Shown piece by piece: positions 32,907 through 42,118 of a DNA stretch of 64,000 nucleotides. This DNA is from a bacterium (GTDB lineage Bacteria > UBA10199 > JACPAL01 > GCA-016699445), in NCBI GenBank assembly GCA_035454885.1, contig DATIGE010000056.1, positions 9,290 through 73,289 of the forward strand, read 5' to 3'. Both the position numbers and the translations under genes were made by a program. Below the pieces are notes generated by a model that did not search any database, was not told the origin of the DNA, and was given only the letters and a program-made list of their open reading frames with translations. The stretch's first letter is position 1, and every line of letters starts with the position of its first letter.

Positions 32907-32922
32907 TGCAACCGGGATGCCA
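32907..32922 (-). promoter_or_regulatory. sigma-54 (RpoN) promoter, TGGCAT-N5-TTGCA
   Basis: The minus strand reads ATGGCATCCCGGTTGCAAT. The GG and GC dinucleotides are separated by exactly 10 nt and both consensus blocks are present (consensus TGGCAC-N5-TTGCW). The -12 element lies about 30 nt upstream of ATG 32878, directly downstream of the sigma-54 activator gene. Confidence 0.65.
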
Positions 32923-33015
32923 TCCCGGCGAGGCACGAAAACTCCGTGTTTTCAAGGAGGACCCGGAAGGGGGCCTGTCACGAATGAGTACGGCTGGACG
33001 GATGTTTCGTTACGT

Positions 33016-36000
33016 TCAGGACTTGAGCCCGTAGGCCTTGACCAGGCGCGAAAGCTGGGGGCGGGCGACCTTCAGTTTCTTGGCGGCGAGACTGATGTTG
33101 CCGCGGGATTCCTCCAAGGCGCGGCGGATGGTCCTTTTCTCGAACGCGGCGCGCATGCCGCTTAAGGACTCGGGGTCTTTCGCTTCCTGTCCCCCCCCGT
33201 CCTCTCCGTCGCCGGCGCCGAACAATTCCTCTTTCTGGCGCAGCTCTTCCGGTCCGATGCTCCGCCCCGCGCACAGAAGACAGGCGTTGAAGATGGCGCT
33301 CTCCAACTCCCGGATGTTGCCCGGCCAGGGATACGCGGCCAGGAGGTCCATGGCCCGCGGGGTCAGTGTCTTCTTGGCGACTTTGTGATCCTTGGCGAAC
33401 TTTTCCAGGAAATGATCGACCAAGAGAGGGAAATCCTCCTTCCGGGCCCGGAGAGGCGGCAGGGTGATTCGCACGCCGTGAACGCGAAAAAAGAGATCTT
33501 CACGGAACTTTTTCTCTCGCGCGAGGTCCTTCAGGTCCCGGTTGGAGGCCGTCAGGATCCGCACGTCCACCTGCACGACCTTCTGCGAACCGAGCGGACG
33601 GATATGCCGGTCCTCCAGGACCCGGAGGAGCTTCGCCTGCATGGCGAGCGGCATGTCGCCGATCTCGTCCAGGAAGAGAGTCCCGCCGTTCGCCGTCTCG
33701 AAGAGCCCTTCCCGGTCCCGTTCCGCGCCGGTGAAGGCCCCTTTCGCATAGCCGAAGAGCTCGGCCTCCAGGAGCGTCTCGGGAATCGCGCTGCAGTTGA
33801 CCGGAATGAACGGCCCCTTGCGGCGCGGCCCGTTGAAGTGGATCGCGCGGGCGATCAACTCCTTCCCCGTCCCGCTTTCGCCGTGGAGAAAGACGGACAC
33901 GTCGCTGTCCGTCACGCGGTCCAGGAGCTTCAGGACCTCCATGATGGGCGGGGAACGCCCGATGATCTCGTCGTAACGGTATTTGAGCTCCAAGGCGGCC
34001 TGTTTGACGGCCAACGATTTCTGCGTCCGGTCGAGTTCGACGACCTTTTCCGACAACGTGGATTCGAGCTGCCGGTTGAGCGCCTCGATCTCCTCTTTGG
34101 AGCGCTGGAGCAGCTCTTGAGATTTCCGGATCTCGAGCGCCCCCTTTTTCAATTCCTCGAAGGCCCAGGCATTGGCGATGGCGATGGCGGTCTGGTCGGC
34201 GAAGGCCTGCAGGAGCTCCATGTCGGCCTCGGTGAAGGCCCCCCGCTGGTGCCTGTTGTCGAGGTACACGGCGCCGATCACGGCATCACGTACGCGGAAC
34301 GGAATGCAGACGATCGATCGGAGCTTCAAGTCGTGGATGGAAAGCGAATGGGAGAACCGCTCGTCGGTCATGGCGTCGATCGTGATCGCCGGCTCCCCGG
34401 TCTTCAGGACGCGGTTGACCAGGGAGCTCGAAAAACTCCCGTGCTCCCCTTCCGCGCCGGGTTCGGCGTCCCGCGTCGCCTTCACGACGTTTTGTCCGCC
34501 CTCGCGGAGGATCAGAAAACCCCGCTCGGCCCCGGTCAACTCGACCATCGCGTCCATGATGACTTCCAGGATCTCGTCGACATCCTGCAGAAGACTGATC
34601 CTCCGGTTGATCGCCAAGACGCGCTTCAGAAACGGGGGAGCGGGTTCCGCCTTCTCCCGGGGGGCCGGGGCCGCAGCCTCCAATGGGGTTGCTTCCTTCG
34701 CGGGCTCTTTCGCGGCCTTCAGGGCATCCTCCATTTCCGCGAGGTTTCGCTCGGCGATGGACTCCTCGTGGGGGCTCTTCAAATCATGGAACAGCCTCTT
34801 CCCTTCGCGGTAGGCCGCGAGGGCCTCCGGGAGACTTCCCTTCTTCTTCAAAAGGTCCCCCGAGAGGAGGCGTCCGTAGGCGATGAGAAACCGGTCCCCT
34901 TTTTCGATCGCGATCTCCTCGGATTGCCGGAGCTTCTCCTCCCCCTTTTCCAGGGACCCCGCGGCGATGAAGAGGTTGGCGAGATTGCTTTTGACCTTGG
35001 CGATGCCCGGCCGGTAACCGATCGCCTCGAGGATCGCCTCGCTCTGGGAATAGTAGGAGAGGGCCTCCTCGTATCTCTCCTTCAAATGATACGCGTATCC
35101 GAGGCTCATCAAATACAACCCCTCGCTCAGAACGTCTCCCCTCCCGCGGCTCAAGGCGACGCTCTCCTCGTAGAAGGCCTTGGCCTCCTCCCATTTGCCG
35201 TCGCGGATCTTCAGATTGCCCAGGTTGTTCAAGAGCGAGGCACGGGAGGCCTTGTCCTGGAATTTTTCGAAGGAAGACAAGGCCTCGCGAAAGGCCTCCT
35301 CCGAGTCGGCGTACTGTCCCAGGTAGTAGAGGGCCTCGCCGAGGGTGTTGAGGAGAAGGCCCCTTTGGGCCCCGTCGATGGACGCTTGGGGCCCTTGGGC
35401 CAGCCGCGTTCCTTCCTCGCGCACCCACTCGAAGCGGCCCTTTTTCAAACCGATCTGAAGCAAAAGGAGCTGGACCCGCTGACCGGTGAGGCCTTGGAGC
35501 AGGTTTTCGGCCTCATCCCAGTTCCCCTGACGGTGGTAGATCTCGGCCAGGAGCCGCCGGGATTCCGCGTCGTCGCGGTCCTTGTAGAAACGAACTGCCC
35601 ATTCGTAAAGCCGCTCCACGTGCTTCTTTTGAAGCTCCTCGGCCTGGGCCGGCGTCAGGACCGGCTTCTCGGGACCCAAGGGAAAATTGAAGTGAAACTG
35701 GAGATTCAGGGCGCGGATGACGTCGTTCGCCTCCTCGAACCGGTCCGCGGGGTCCTTGTTCAGAAGCCGAAGGATCAGAAAGCCGAACTCCTTGGGCATC
35801 GCGGATCCCTCTGGAACCGGGTTCATCGGCATCACAAACAGGTGCTGCTCCACGAGGGTCGGTGCATCCCGGCCCTCGAAAGGAGGATGCCCGCTCACCA
35901 GTTCATAGAGGGTCGCTCCGAGGGAGTAGAGGTCCGAACGGCCGTCCACCGGCGCGCCCATGAAGAGCTCGGGGGCCATGTACGGGAGGGTCCCCGAGAC

Positions 36001-36525
36001 CGTTCCCGGCTGGCCCGCCGCTCCTTCGGATTCAGGGGCTTCAGAGACCGCAATGGCCCGCCGCGCGAGCCCGAAATCGACCAGCTTGAAACCGTTTTCC
36101 GCCTTTTCATTGATCAGAATGTTGCTCGGTTTCAGATCCCCGTGAAAGATCCCTTGCTGGTGGAGAAACTGCAGGACCTGACAAACTTGGGCGGCGATGG
36201 CGGCGAGCCTTTGGAAACTCAGCCTTCCCGACCATCGGGACAGCGGTTCCCCCTCGAAATACTCCTCGGCGAGGAAGAAACTCTTGCCGTCGGGATCGAA
36301 TCCGATCTCATAGATCTCCGCCAGGGACGGATTGTGAAGGCGGGACAGGATGGAGAACTCGTTGCGGAATTCGTCGGCGAGTCCGGATGGGTGGTGGGAA
36401 AAAGGGAAGACCTTGAGGGCGACTTCCCGGCCCCTCTCGCGGTCCGACGCGAGGTAGACGATCCCCCGAGAGCCCCTTCCGAGCTCCTTCAGGATCTCAA
36501 ATCTGTCGCCCAGGAGAGTACCCAC
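33016..36525 (-). CDS. Ser/Thr protein kinase - TPR - GAF - sigma-54 AAA+ activator - Fis-type HTH fusion protein (1169 aa)
   Basis: Kinase motifs are GRGSRGIVY, VALKV, HGDLKPSNIL, DFGLA and YMAPE. TPR-like repeats occupy the middle, and a GAF-like block follows (ERGFLIL...VCIPF). The sigma-54 interaction domain has GESGTGKE, GAFTGA and FREDLFFR. The C-terminal HTH reads NISLAAKKLKVARPQLSRLVKAYGL. Confidence 0.9.
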   Translation of the reverse strand: MGTLLGDRFEILKELGRGSRGIVYLASDRERGREVALKVFPFSHHPSGLADEFRNEFSILSRLHNPSLAEIYEIGFDPDGKSFFLAEEYFEGEPLSRWSGRLSFQRLAAIAAQVCQVLQFLHQQGIFHGDLKPSNILINEKAENGFKLVDFGLARRAIAVSEAPESEGAAGQPGTVSGTLPYMAPELFMGAPVDGRSDLYSLGATLYELVSGHPPFEGRDAPTLVEQHLFVMPMNPVPEGSAMPKEFGFLILRLLNKDPADRFEEANDVIRALNLQFHFNFPLGPEKPVLTPAQAEELQKKHVERLYEWAVRFYKDRDDAESRRLLAEIYHRQGNWDEAENLLQGLTGQRVQLLLLQIGLKKGRFEWVREEGTRLAQGPQASIDGAQRGLLLNTLGEALYYLGQYADSEEAFREALSSFEKFQDKASRASLLNNLGNLKIRDGKWEEAKAFYEESVALSRGRGDVLSEGLYLMSLGYAYHLKERYEEALSYYSQSEAILEAIGYRPGIAKVKSNLANLFIAAGSLEKGEEKLRQSEEIAIEKGDRFLIAYGRLLSGDLLKKKGSLPEALAAYREGKRLFHDLKSPHEESIAERNLAEMEDALKAAKEPAKEATPLEAAAPAPREKAEPAPPFLKRVLAINRRISLLQDVDEILEVIMDAMVELTGAERGFLILREGGQNVVKATRDAEPGAEGEHGSFSSSLVNRVLKTGEPAITIDAMTDERFSHSLSIHDLKLRSIVCIPFRVRDAVIGAVYLDNRHQRGAFTEADMELLQAFADQTAIAIANAWAFEELKKGALEIRKSQELLQRSKEEIEALNRQLESTLSEKVVELDRTQKSLAVKQAALELKYRYDEIIGRSPPIMEVLKLLDRVTDSDVSVFLHGESGTGKELIARAIHFNGPRRKGPFIPVNCSAIPETLLEAELFGYAKGAFTGAERDREGLFETANGGTLFLDEIGDMPLAMQAKLLRVLEDRHIRPLGSQKVVQVDVRILTASNRDLKDLAREKKFREDLFFRVHGVRITLPPLRARKEDFPLLVDHFLEKFAKDHKVAKKTLTPRAMDLLAAYPWPGNIRELESAIFNACLLCAGRSIGPEELRQKEELFGAGDGEDGGGQEAKDPESLSGMRAAFEKRTIRRALEESRGNISLAAKKLKVARPQLSRLVKAYGLKS

Positions 36526-36566
36526 GAAAAGAGACCTCTCTCATGACGCGATGCATTCTATCAGAT

Positions 36567-37751
36567 TTAAGGAAGGATGGGCAATAATCGTAAGGGGGGA
36601 CTCCCGAAGACCGATTCCTCGATCGTGCGATTTTCCTGAAGCTCCGCAATCAAGGCGTCGACCACGGCCTTCAAGGACCGGGTCTCGGCGAAGATGCGCC
36701 GCTGGCGGTCCGCGCTCGAACCCGACCGAAGGATGTCCCTCACCCATGAAAGCTCTTCGGCGCAGTTAAGCGTCGCCGCCGCTGGCTTCAAGATCTCCAA
36801 GAGCTTCTCGATCTCCTCCTTGATCGGCCGCCGGTCCTCCCCTTCCCGGAGGATGATATGTCCCTCCAATCCGTAGCGGGCCGCCTGCCATTTGTTTTCC
36901 GGCGCCGTCCAGTAGCGCTGCATCCGGATCTGACCCGTCCGCCCCCCCTTTTCGAGTTGATCGTCGATCCAAACGACCAGGCACTGCACGAGGGCCACGA
37001 GGGCGAGCGTTTCATGCAACGTCGGGATGCCGTCGAAGACGCGGACCTCGATGGTTCCAAAGTCATAGTGAGGTCGGATGTCCCAATAGAGATCCTTGAT
37101 GGAGCCGATCGCGCCCGTGGCCTGAAGCGTCTCGAAAAATTTTTCGAACTCCTTCCATCCCGGCAGAAAATACGGCAGGCCGCCGGTCGGGAACGACTCG
37201 GTCACGGCCGCCCGGCAGGAGGCGAGCCCCGTGTCGGTCCCTCCCCAGAACGGGGAACTCGCCGACAGCGCCAAGAGATGGGGGATGTACGGAATCAGCG
37301 CGTTCAGGATGGCGATCGCCCGCTCGCCGTTCTTCACCCCGACGTGCACGTGAAGCCCGAAGGTCGTCCAGCGGCGCGCCAGCCACTGGAATTTTTCCAG
37401 AAGATGCGTGTGCCTCTGATCCGGAAAGATCCTCCGCTCCCGCCAATCCTGGAACGGATGCGTCCCAGAGACAGCGATCTTCAATCCCTGGGAGTTCGCG
37501 ATCCCCCGGAGCCGGTCCATCTGCCGGGACAGATCCTCCGCCACCTCCCGCACGTTCGCGCAGATCTTCGTATTGATCTCCACCATGGCGACCGTCAATT
37601 CCGACTTCAGGCACAGATCCTCGACGCCCTCGGCGCGCTTGAGGACCGCTTCCGCGGCGGCGGCCAGGTCCTTGCTCGTACGATCGATCAGCTGGACCTC
37701 GACCTCCACGCCCAGCGTCGGCTTCACGCATCCCTGAAATTCGAGAGACAT
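36567..37751 (-). CDS. ybdK: carboxylate-amine ligase, glutamate-cysteine ligase family 2 (YbdK-like)
   Basis: 394 aa. The N-terminal TLGVEVEVQLID, GTHPF and overall GCS2 layout are recognisable. Confidence 0.8.
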   Translation of the reverse strand: MSLEFQGCVKPTLGVEVEVQLIDRTSKDLAAAAEAVLKRAEGVEDLCLKSELTVAMVEINTKICANVREVAEDLSRQMDRLRGIANSQGLKIAVSGTHPFQDWRERRIFPDQRHTHLLEKFQWLARRWTTFGLHVHVGVKNGERAIAILNALIPYIPHLLALSASSPFWGGTDTGLASCRAAVTESFPTGGLPYFLPGWKEFEKFFETLQATGAIGSIKDLYWDIRPHYDFGTIEVRVFDGIPTLHETLALVALVQCLVVWIDDQLEKGGRTGQIRMQRYWTAPENKWQAARYGLEGHIILREGEDRRPIKEEIEKLLEILKPAAATLNCAEELSWVRDILRSGSSADRQRRIFAETRSLKAVVDALIAELQENRTIEESVFGSPPLRLLPILP

Positions 37752-37773
37752 GGACGCTCCCTCTCAAAGACCG

Positions 37774-38403
37774 TCATAATGGGAAACGGCCCTGGTACAG
37801 AGCCCGCGGGTCGAAGGGGACGCGGGCCAGACGTAGCTCGTAATGAAGGTGCGGCCCGGTCGCCGCGCCCGAGCTGCCGACGAGGCCGATCACGTCCCCC
37901 TTTTGGACCCACTGACCTTCGCGAACGAAAAGTTTCGAGGCATGCCCGTAGACCGAGGACGCCCCGAATCCGTGGTCGATCGCGATTTTTCGGCCGTAGC
38001 CGCGCTCAAATCCCGCGAACGCGACGATCCCGTCCGCGACCGCCCGGATCGGCATGCCTCTCCGCGCCGCGATGTCGATCCCCTCGTGAAAATCCGTCGC
38101 ACGGTAAAACGGCGATCGCCGGTTTCCGAAACCGCTCGTCACCCTCCCGGGCAGAGGCCAAATGGCCTCCGAGGCGACGGCCAAAAAGCCAGAACGCTGG
38201 TCCGGAGAGCAGACAAGGTCGTCGCCGCCGAATTTCAGGACGGGACATAGGACCTCATCCCCCCCTCCCCGGGCGTCTTGGACGTATTCGGCGAAGGCCG
38301 TTCCTTTCTCGCGTTCGAAACGCGGCACGACGACCGTCCCGATCGCCAACAAAACGACCGCGATGAGCCGGAGTCCGGGCATGGGGTCCTCCCTTTTGGA
38401 CAT
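37774..38403 (-). CDS. M23 family metallopeptidase (membrane-anchored)
   Basis: N-terminal TM helix. FHEGIDIAA (HxxxD) and GPHLHYE (HxH) Zn-ligand motifs. Confidence 0.85.
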   Translation of the reverse strand: MSKREDPMPGLRLIAVVLLAIGTVVVPRFEREKGTAFAEYVQDARGGGDEVLCPVLKFGGDDLVCSPDQRSGFLAVASEAIWPLPGRVTSGFGNRRSPFYRATDFHEGIDIAARRGMPIRAVADGIVAFAGFERGYGRKIAIDHGFGASSVYGHASKLFVREGQWVQKGDVIGLVGSSGAATGPHLHYELRLARVPFDPRALYQGRFPL

Positions 38404-38545
38404 CAGAGCAATAGAGCAATTGGGCGGCCAAGAGGAAGAACATCGATCCTATCTGGAATTATTCGGTTCTTTGACCTTGGAAGCGGTCGTGACCGTAAGG
38501 AGGCGTGACGGAGGTGTCACGTTTTGAGCGAGTTGTGGTAGGCTC

Positions 38546-40180
38546 TTGGCCGGACGCGTCATGGAAGAAAAGACCAAGTCCCATCGAACCTGGAAAATGG
38601 CGGCGGCGACGGCGGCCATAGCCGTCTGTTATTTGATTGCCGGAAGGCTCGGCCTGTCGGTCGCGGCCCAGCATGCGAACGTCACGTTCGTCTGGCCCCC
38701 GGCCGGCTTGGCCCTGGCGGCCCTCCTCTTGGGGGGCTATCGCCTCGCGCCCGGCGTTTTCCTCGGCGCATTCCTGGTCAATACCCTCACCAGCCTGCAA
38801 TGGCCGGCGGTACTGGCCATCGCCTGCGGCAACACGATCGAGGCGCTCTTGGGGGCCTTTCTGCTCCGGAAAGTCCTCGGGTTTCAAAATGCGATGGAAC
38901 GCCTGCGCGACGTCCTGGGGCTCATCGTCTTGGGGGGGCTCGTGAGCACCACGGCCGCGGCCACGATCGGCGTCACGAGCCTTTGCCTGGAAGGCAGCGC
39001 CTCTTGGGCGTCCTACTCCTCCCTGTGGTTCGAATGGTGGGTCGGGGACATGCTGGGCATCTTGGTCCTGACGCCCTTCCTGATGACCTGGAGCGACGTC
39101 CCCCATTTCCTCACCACCGTGTGGAAGGCGCCCTGGAAGGTCCTTGAGGTGATCGGTCTCTTCGCGCTTCTGATCGCGGCCGCGCAAGGCATTTTCGCAG
39201 GGTGGCTGGACGCTCACCTGGCGTCCCATCTCCGTTCCTATATTTTTCCCCTGCTGATCTGGATGGCCATCCGTTTCGGGCCGAAGGGGGCCACGGCGGC
39301 GACGCTCACCGTTTCCGCCTTCGCGGTCTGGGGAACCCTGCAGGGGTTTGGCCCCTTCGCCGGCCGGACGCATTATGAAGATCTTCTGTTCCTGCAACTC
39401 TTCCTGGCGGTGGCCGTCCTGACCGCTCTCCCCCTCGCCGCGTCGATTTCCGAACGGAAGCGCGGCGAGGAGGTCAAATCCGAGTTCGCCTCGATGGTCT
39501 CCCACGAGCTCCGAACACCCTTAAGCTCCATCAAGGCGGGTATCGAGGTCGTTTTGGACGGAATCGACGGCCCCGTCACCGAAGATCAGCGGAAGACGCT
39601 CGGCATCGCCAGGAACAACGTCGTGCGGCTGACTCGCCTCATCAACAACGTCCTCGACTACTCCAAATTGGAATCCGGCAAGATGGACGTCTTCTTCGAA
39701 AGGACGAATATGTCCCAGCTGATCCGAGAAACTTGTGACCTGATGAAGCTCGCCATGCAAAACAAGGGGATCTCCTTTAGCCTGGATCTCCCTTCCGAGC
39801 CGCTGTTCGCGGTCTGTGATCCCGATAAGATCAAACAGGTGGTCATCAACTTGCTCGACAACGCCGTCAAGTTTACGGACAAGGGCGGAACGATCGTCGC
39901 GGGTCTCCGTTCGTCCGACCGCCACGTTCTTATCGACGTGAAAGACACAGGGATCGGGATCAAGGAGGAAGACCAGGAAAAGATCTTCGAGATGTTTGGT
40001 CAGGCTTCCGGAAAAATCAAAAGACGCGGATCCGGAGTCGGGCTTGCCGTCTGCCGTCTGATCGTCGGCCAACACAAGGGCCGGATCCTGGTCGACAGCC
40101 GGCACGGCCGGGGAAGCCGCCTCACGGTCGCCTTTCCGGACTCCCTTCCCGTGAAGAAGAAGGCCGTCCCTCTGACATAA
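38546..40180 (+). CDS. sensor histidine kinase with a polytopic MASE1-like membrane domain
   Basis: About 300 aa of multi-helix membrane domain, H-box SHELRTPL, N-box LLDNAVKFT, and G-boxes DTGIGI and GSGVGLAV. The start is uncertain (TTG 38546 or ATG 38561). Confidence 0.85.
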   Translation: MAGRVMEEKTKSHRTWKMAAATAAIAVCYLIAGRLGLSVAAQHANVTFVWPPAGLALAALLLGGYRLAPGVFLGAFLVNTLTSLQWPAVLAIACGNTIEALLGAFLLRKVLGFQNAMERLRDVLGLIVLGGLVSTTAAATIGVTSLCLEGSASWASYSSLWFEWWVGDMLGILVLTPFLMTWSDVPHFLTTVWKAPWKVLEVIGLFALLIAAAQGIFAGWLDAHLASHLRSYIFPLLIWMAIRFGPKGATAATLTVSAFAVWGTLQGFGPFAGRTHYEDLLFLQLFLAVAVLTALPLAASISERKRGEEVKSEFASMVSHELRTPLSSIKAGIEVVLDGIDGPVTEDQRKTLGIARNNVVRLTRLINNVLDYSKLESGKMDVFFERTNMSQLIRETCDLMKLAMQNKGISFSLDLPSEPLFAVCDPDKIKQVVINLLDNAVKFTDKGGTIVAGLRSSDRHVLIDVKDTGIGIKEEDQEKIFEMFGQASGKIKRRGSGVGLAVCRLIVGQHKGRILVDSRHGRGSRLTVAFPDSLPVKKKAVPLT

Positions 40181-40553
40181 GGCAGTCGCCGACCGCCATC
40201 AGCAGCATCTCGGAATCGAGGGGCTTCGTCAGGAATCTCACGGCTCCCTCGCCGATGGCGTAATCCACCACTTCCCTGTCGCCATGTCCGCTCAGAACGA
40301 TCACGGGAGGCACCTTGACCCCCGGAGGCAGCCAATTCTTGGCGTTCCGTAAAAAGGCCGTCCCGCTGGCGTCCGGCAGACCTAAATCCAAGATGACCAG
40401 ATTGGGCCTTTCTTTTCGAAGCGCCTTCAAGGCGTCCTCAACCGTCAATGCCGAAATGCAGGAATAGCCGCCGGCATTAAGCTTCTTCGCGAGAAGGTCC
40501 TGCATGTCCTGATCATCCTCGACGATGAGGATCTGTTGGTTGGGTGTCGTCAT
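40122..40553 (-). CDS. single-domain response regulator (CheY-like receiver)
   Basis: The start is set at ATG 40553 (AAGGAGG RBS). ILIVEDDQD, LVILDLGLPD and LTKP receiver signatures. The 3' end overlaps the convergent kinase gene by 59 nt. Confidence 0.8.
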   Translation of the reverse strand: MTTPNQQILIVEDDQDMQDLLAKKLNAGGYSCISALTVEDALKALRKERPNLVILDLGLPDASGTAFLRNAKNWLPPGVKVPPVIVLSGHGDREVVDYAIGEGAVRFLTKPLDSEMLLMAVGDCLMSEGRPSSSREGSPERRP

Positions 40554-40554
40554 C

Positions 40555-40920
40555 TCATCCTCCTTTCCCGAGCAAGTTCGTGATGGTTTCACGAAACTCC
40601 TCGGGGTCATAGGGTTTGCGGATAAATCCTTGCGCTCCCAGTTGATTCAAACAGTACTCCTCCTGAGATCCATGGGCGGAGAAAAAAACGATCGGAGTCG
40701 ACTTCAGTGATTCTTCCTCGCGAATCCCCCGGTAAACATCGATACCGGACAGGCCGGACAAACGGATATCCAGGAGGATCAAGGCCGGCCTTTCTCTCCG
40801 AACCGCCTCGACCGCCCCTTCTCCTTCATAGAGGCAGACAACGTCATGCCCCCACGAGCGGATACGGCGCGCCGCCAAGTGCGCGACGTCCGGCTCGTCA
40901 TCGATGATCATGAGTTTCAT
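40555..40920 (-). CDS. single-domain response regulator (CheY-like receiver)
   Basis: MKLMIIDDEPD, LILLDIRLSG and IRKP receiver signatures. Confidence 0.85.
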   Translation of the reverse strand: MKLMIIDDEPDVAHLAARRIRSWGHDVVCLYEGEGAVEAVRRERPALILLDIRLSGLSGIDVYRGIREEESLKSTPIVFFSAHGSQEEYCLNQLGAQGFIRKPYDPEEFRETITNLLGKGG

Positions 40921-41001
40921 CGACGCATTCTACTCCCCTCGACCGGCAAAGTTCAACCCGCCAGACTCGACAGAAAATTTCGTTCGTGATACGCGGGCCC
41001 T

Positions 41002-41469
41002 ATGACCATTGTTTCCGCCGTCTTCCTCATCTCCCTCGTCGCCTGGATCGGCGGCATCATCTTCTTCTCGTTCATCGGCGCCCCGTCGATCTTTCACAGT
41101 CTGCCGCCGGAATTCGCCGGCAAGGCCGTTTCGGCGATCTTTCCGAAATACTACCCCTTGGGCTGGATCTGCGGCCTCGTCGCCTTCGCCTGCCTCCTGG
41201 TCTCTGGGTTCAAGACGGGCACCTGGTCGTGGGCCAAGCTTCTCCTGATCGCGGTGATGGTCTTTCTGACCGTCACCAACGGCCTCATCACCCACCCCAA
41301 GGCGCGCGCGCTCAAAGAGGAGATGCAGATCACGCAGAGCCAGACCGAGCTCGTCCACATCAAGGAAGTCTTCGACCGCATCCATCGCTGGTCGGTGATC
41401 AACAACGGGATCGTCCTGTTGCTGGGATTGATCGTGATTTTTCTGACGGCGAGAAGACTTCAGATCTAG
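41002..41469 (+). CDS. four-helix membrane protein, possibly DUF4149/TMEM205-like
   Basis: Four hydrophobic helices in 155 aa. The family assignment comes from memory of the general pattern only. Confidence 0.5.
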   Translation: MTIVSAVFLISLVAWIGGIIFFSFIGAPSIFHSLPPEFAGKAVSAIFPKYYPLGWICGLVAFACLLVSGFKTGTWSWAKLLLIAVMVFLTVTNGLITHPKARALKEEMQITQSQTELVHIKEVFDRIHRWSVINNGIVLLLGLIVIFLTARRLQI

Positions 41470-41777
41470 CTTTCCAGGATCCATTTCAAATAGCGAGGCG
41501 AGCCGCCAACGATCGGGAGCACGACGAATTCGGGCAGATCGTAAGGATGGATGGCCTGAATCTGCATTTCGAGTTGTTTCGCCTTGAAGGCCGCCGTTTT
41601 CATGACGAGCAGAAGCTCCGCGGCGCGACAAACTTTACCTTTCCAGCGGTAATGGGAGACGATCCCCGGAATGACGTTCACGCACGCGGCGAATTTCCCG
41701 GCGACCAGATGGCGAGCGATCCGCTCGGCGTCTTTTCTCTTGGCAACCGTCGTCAGGCACACCACGCACTTAGGCAT
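41466..41777 (-). CDS. cutA: divalent-cation tolerance protein CutA
   Basis: 103 aa. The CutA1 pattern AACVN.IPG..S.Y.W.G and HPYD.PE is present. Confidence 0.85.
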   Translation of the reverse strand: MPKCVVCLTTVAKRKDAERIARHLVAGKFAACVNVIPGIVSHYRWKGKVCRAAELLLVMKTAAFKAKQLEMQIQAIHPYDLPEFVVLPIVGGSPRYLKWILES

Positions 41778-42084
41778 CCATGACCTCGACGCAGACGTCG
41801 GGGCCTTCCACCTTGCAGGCGAACGTCTTGACTTTCGCCGCGGGGTTGACCGGATTCTGCCCCGTCTTCACGTCAAACTGCCAGCCGTGCCAGGGACAGG
41901 TCACGACCGTTCCCTCGACGTCCCCCTCCCCCAAAGGCCCGCCGCGGTGCGGGCAGACATTGTTGATGGCGAAGAACGAGCCGTCCACGTTGAAGACGGC
42001 GATTTGGGCTCCGTCGACCTCGATGATCTTGGCCTGCTTCGGAGTGATTTCCGAGGCCGGGGCGACTTTGACGACTTTGGACAT
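41770..42084 (-). CDS. Rieske [2Fe-2S] ferredoxin-like protein (NirD-like)
   Basis: CPHRGGPL and CPWHGWQF Rieske ligand boxes. Overlaps the cutA start by 8 nt. Confidence 0.8.
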   Translation of the reverse strand: MSKVVKVAPASEITPKQAKIIEVDGAQIAVFNVDGSFFAINNVCPHRGGPLGEGDVEGTVVTCPWHGWQFDVKTGQNPVNPAAKVKTFACKVEGPDVCVEVMDA

Positions 42085-42118
42085 GGATTTCTCCTTATCG
42101 AATTATCGAACTCGTTTG

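Noticed and set aside
32879-32923. 15-codon N-terminal extension of the OmpA-family gene
   Set aside because: It overlaps the sigma-54 promoter and lacks an RBS. ATG 32878 has a strong RBS and yields a proper signal peptide.
33385-36546. 1053-aa plus-strand ORF
   Set aside because: It lies entirely antisense to the kinase/sigma-54 activator gene, whose domain motifs are unambiguous. It is a shadow ORF.
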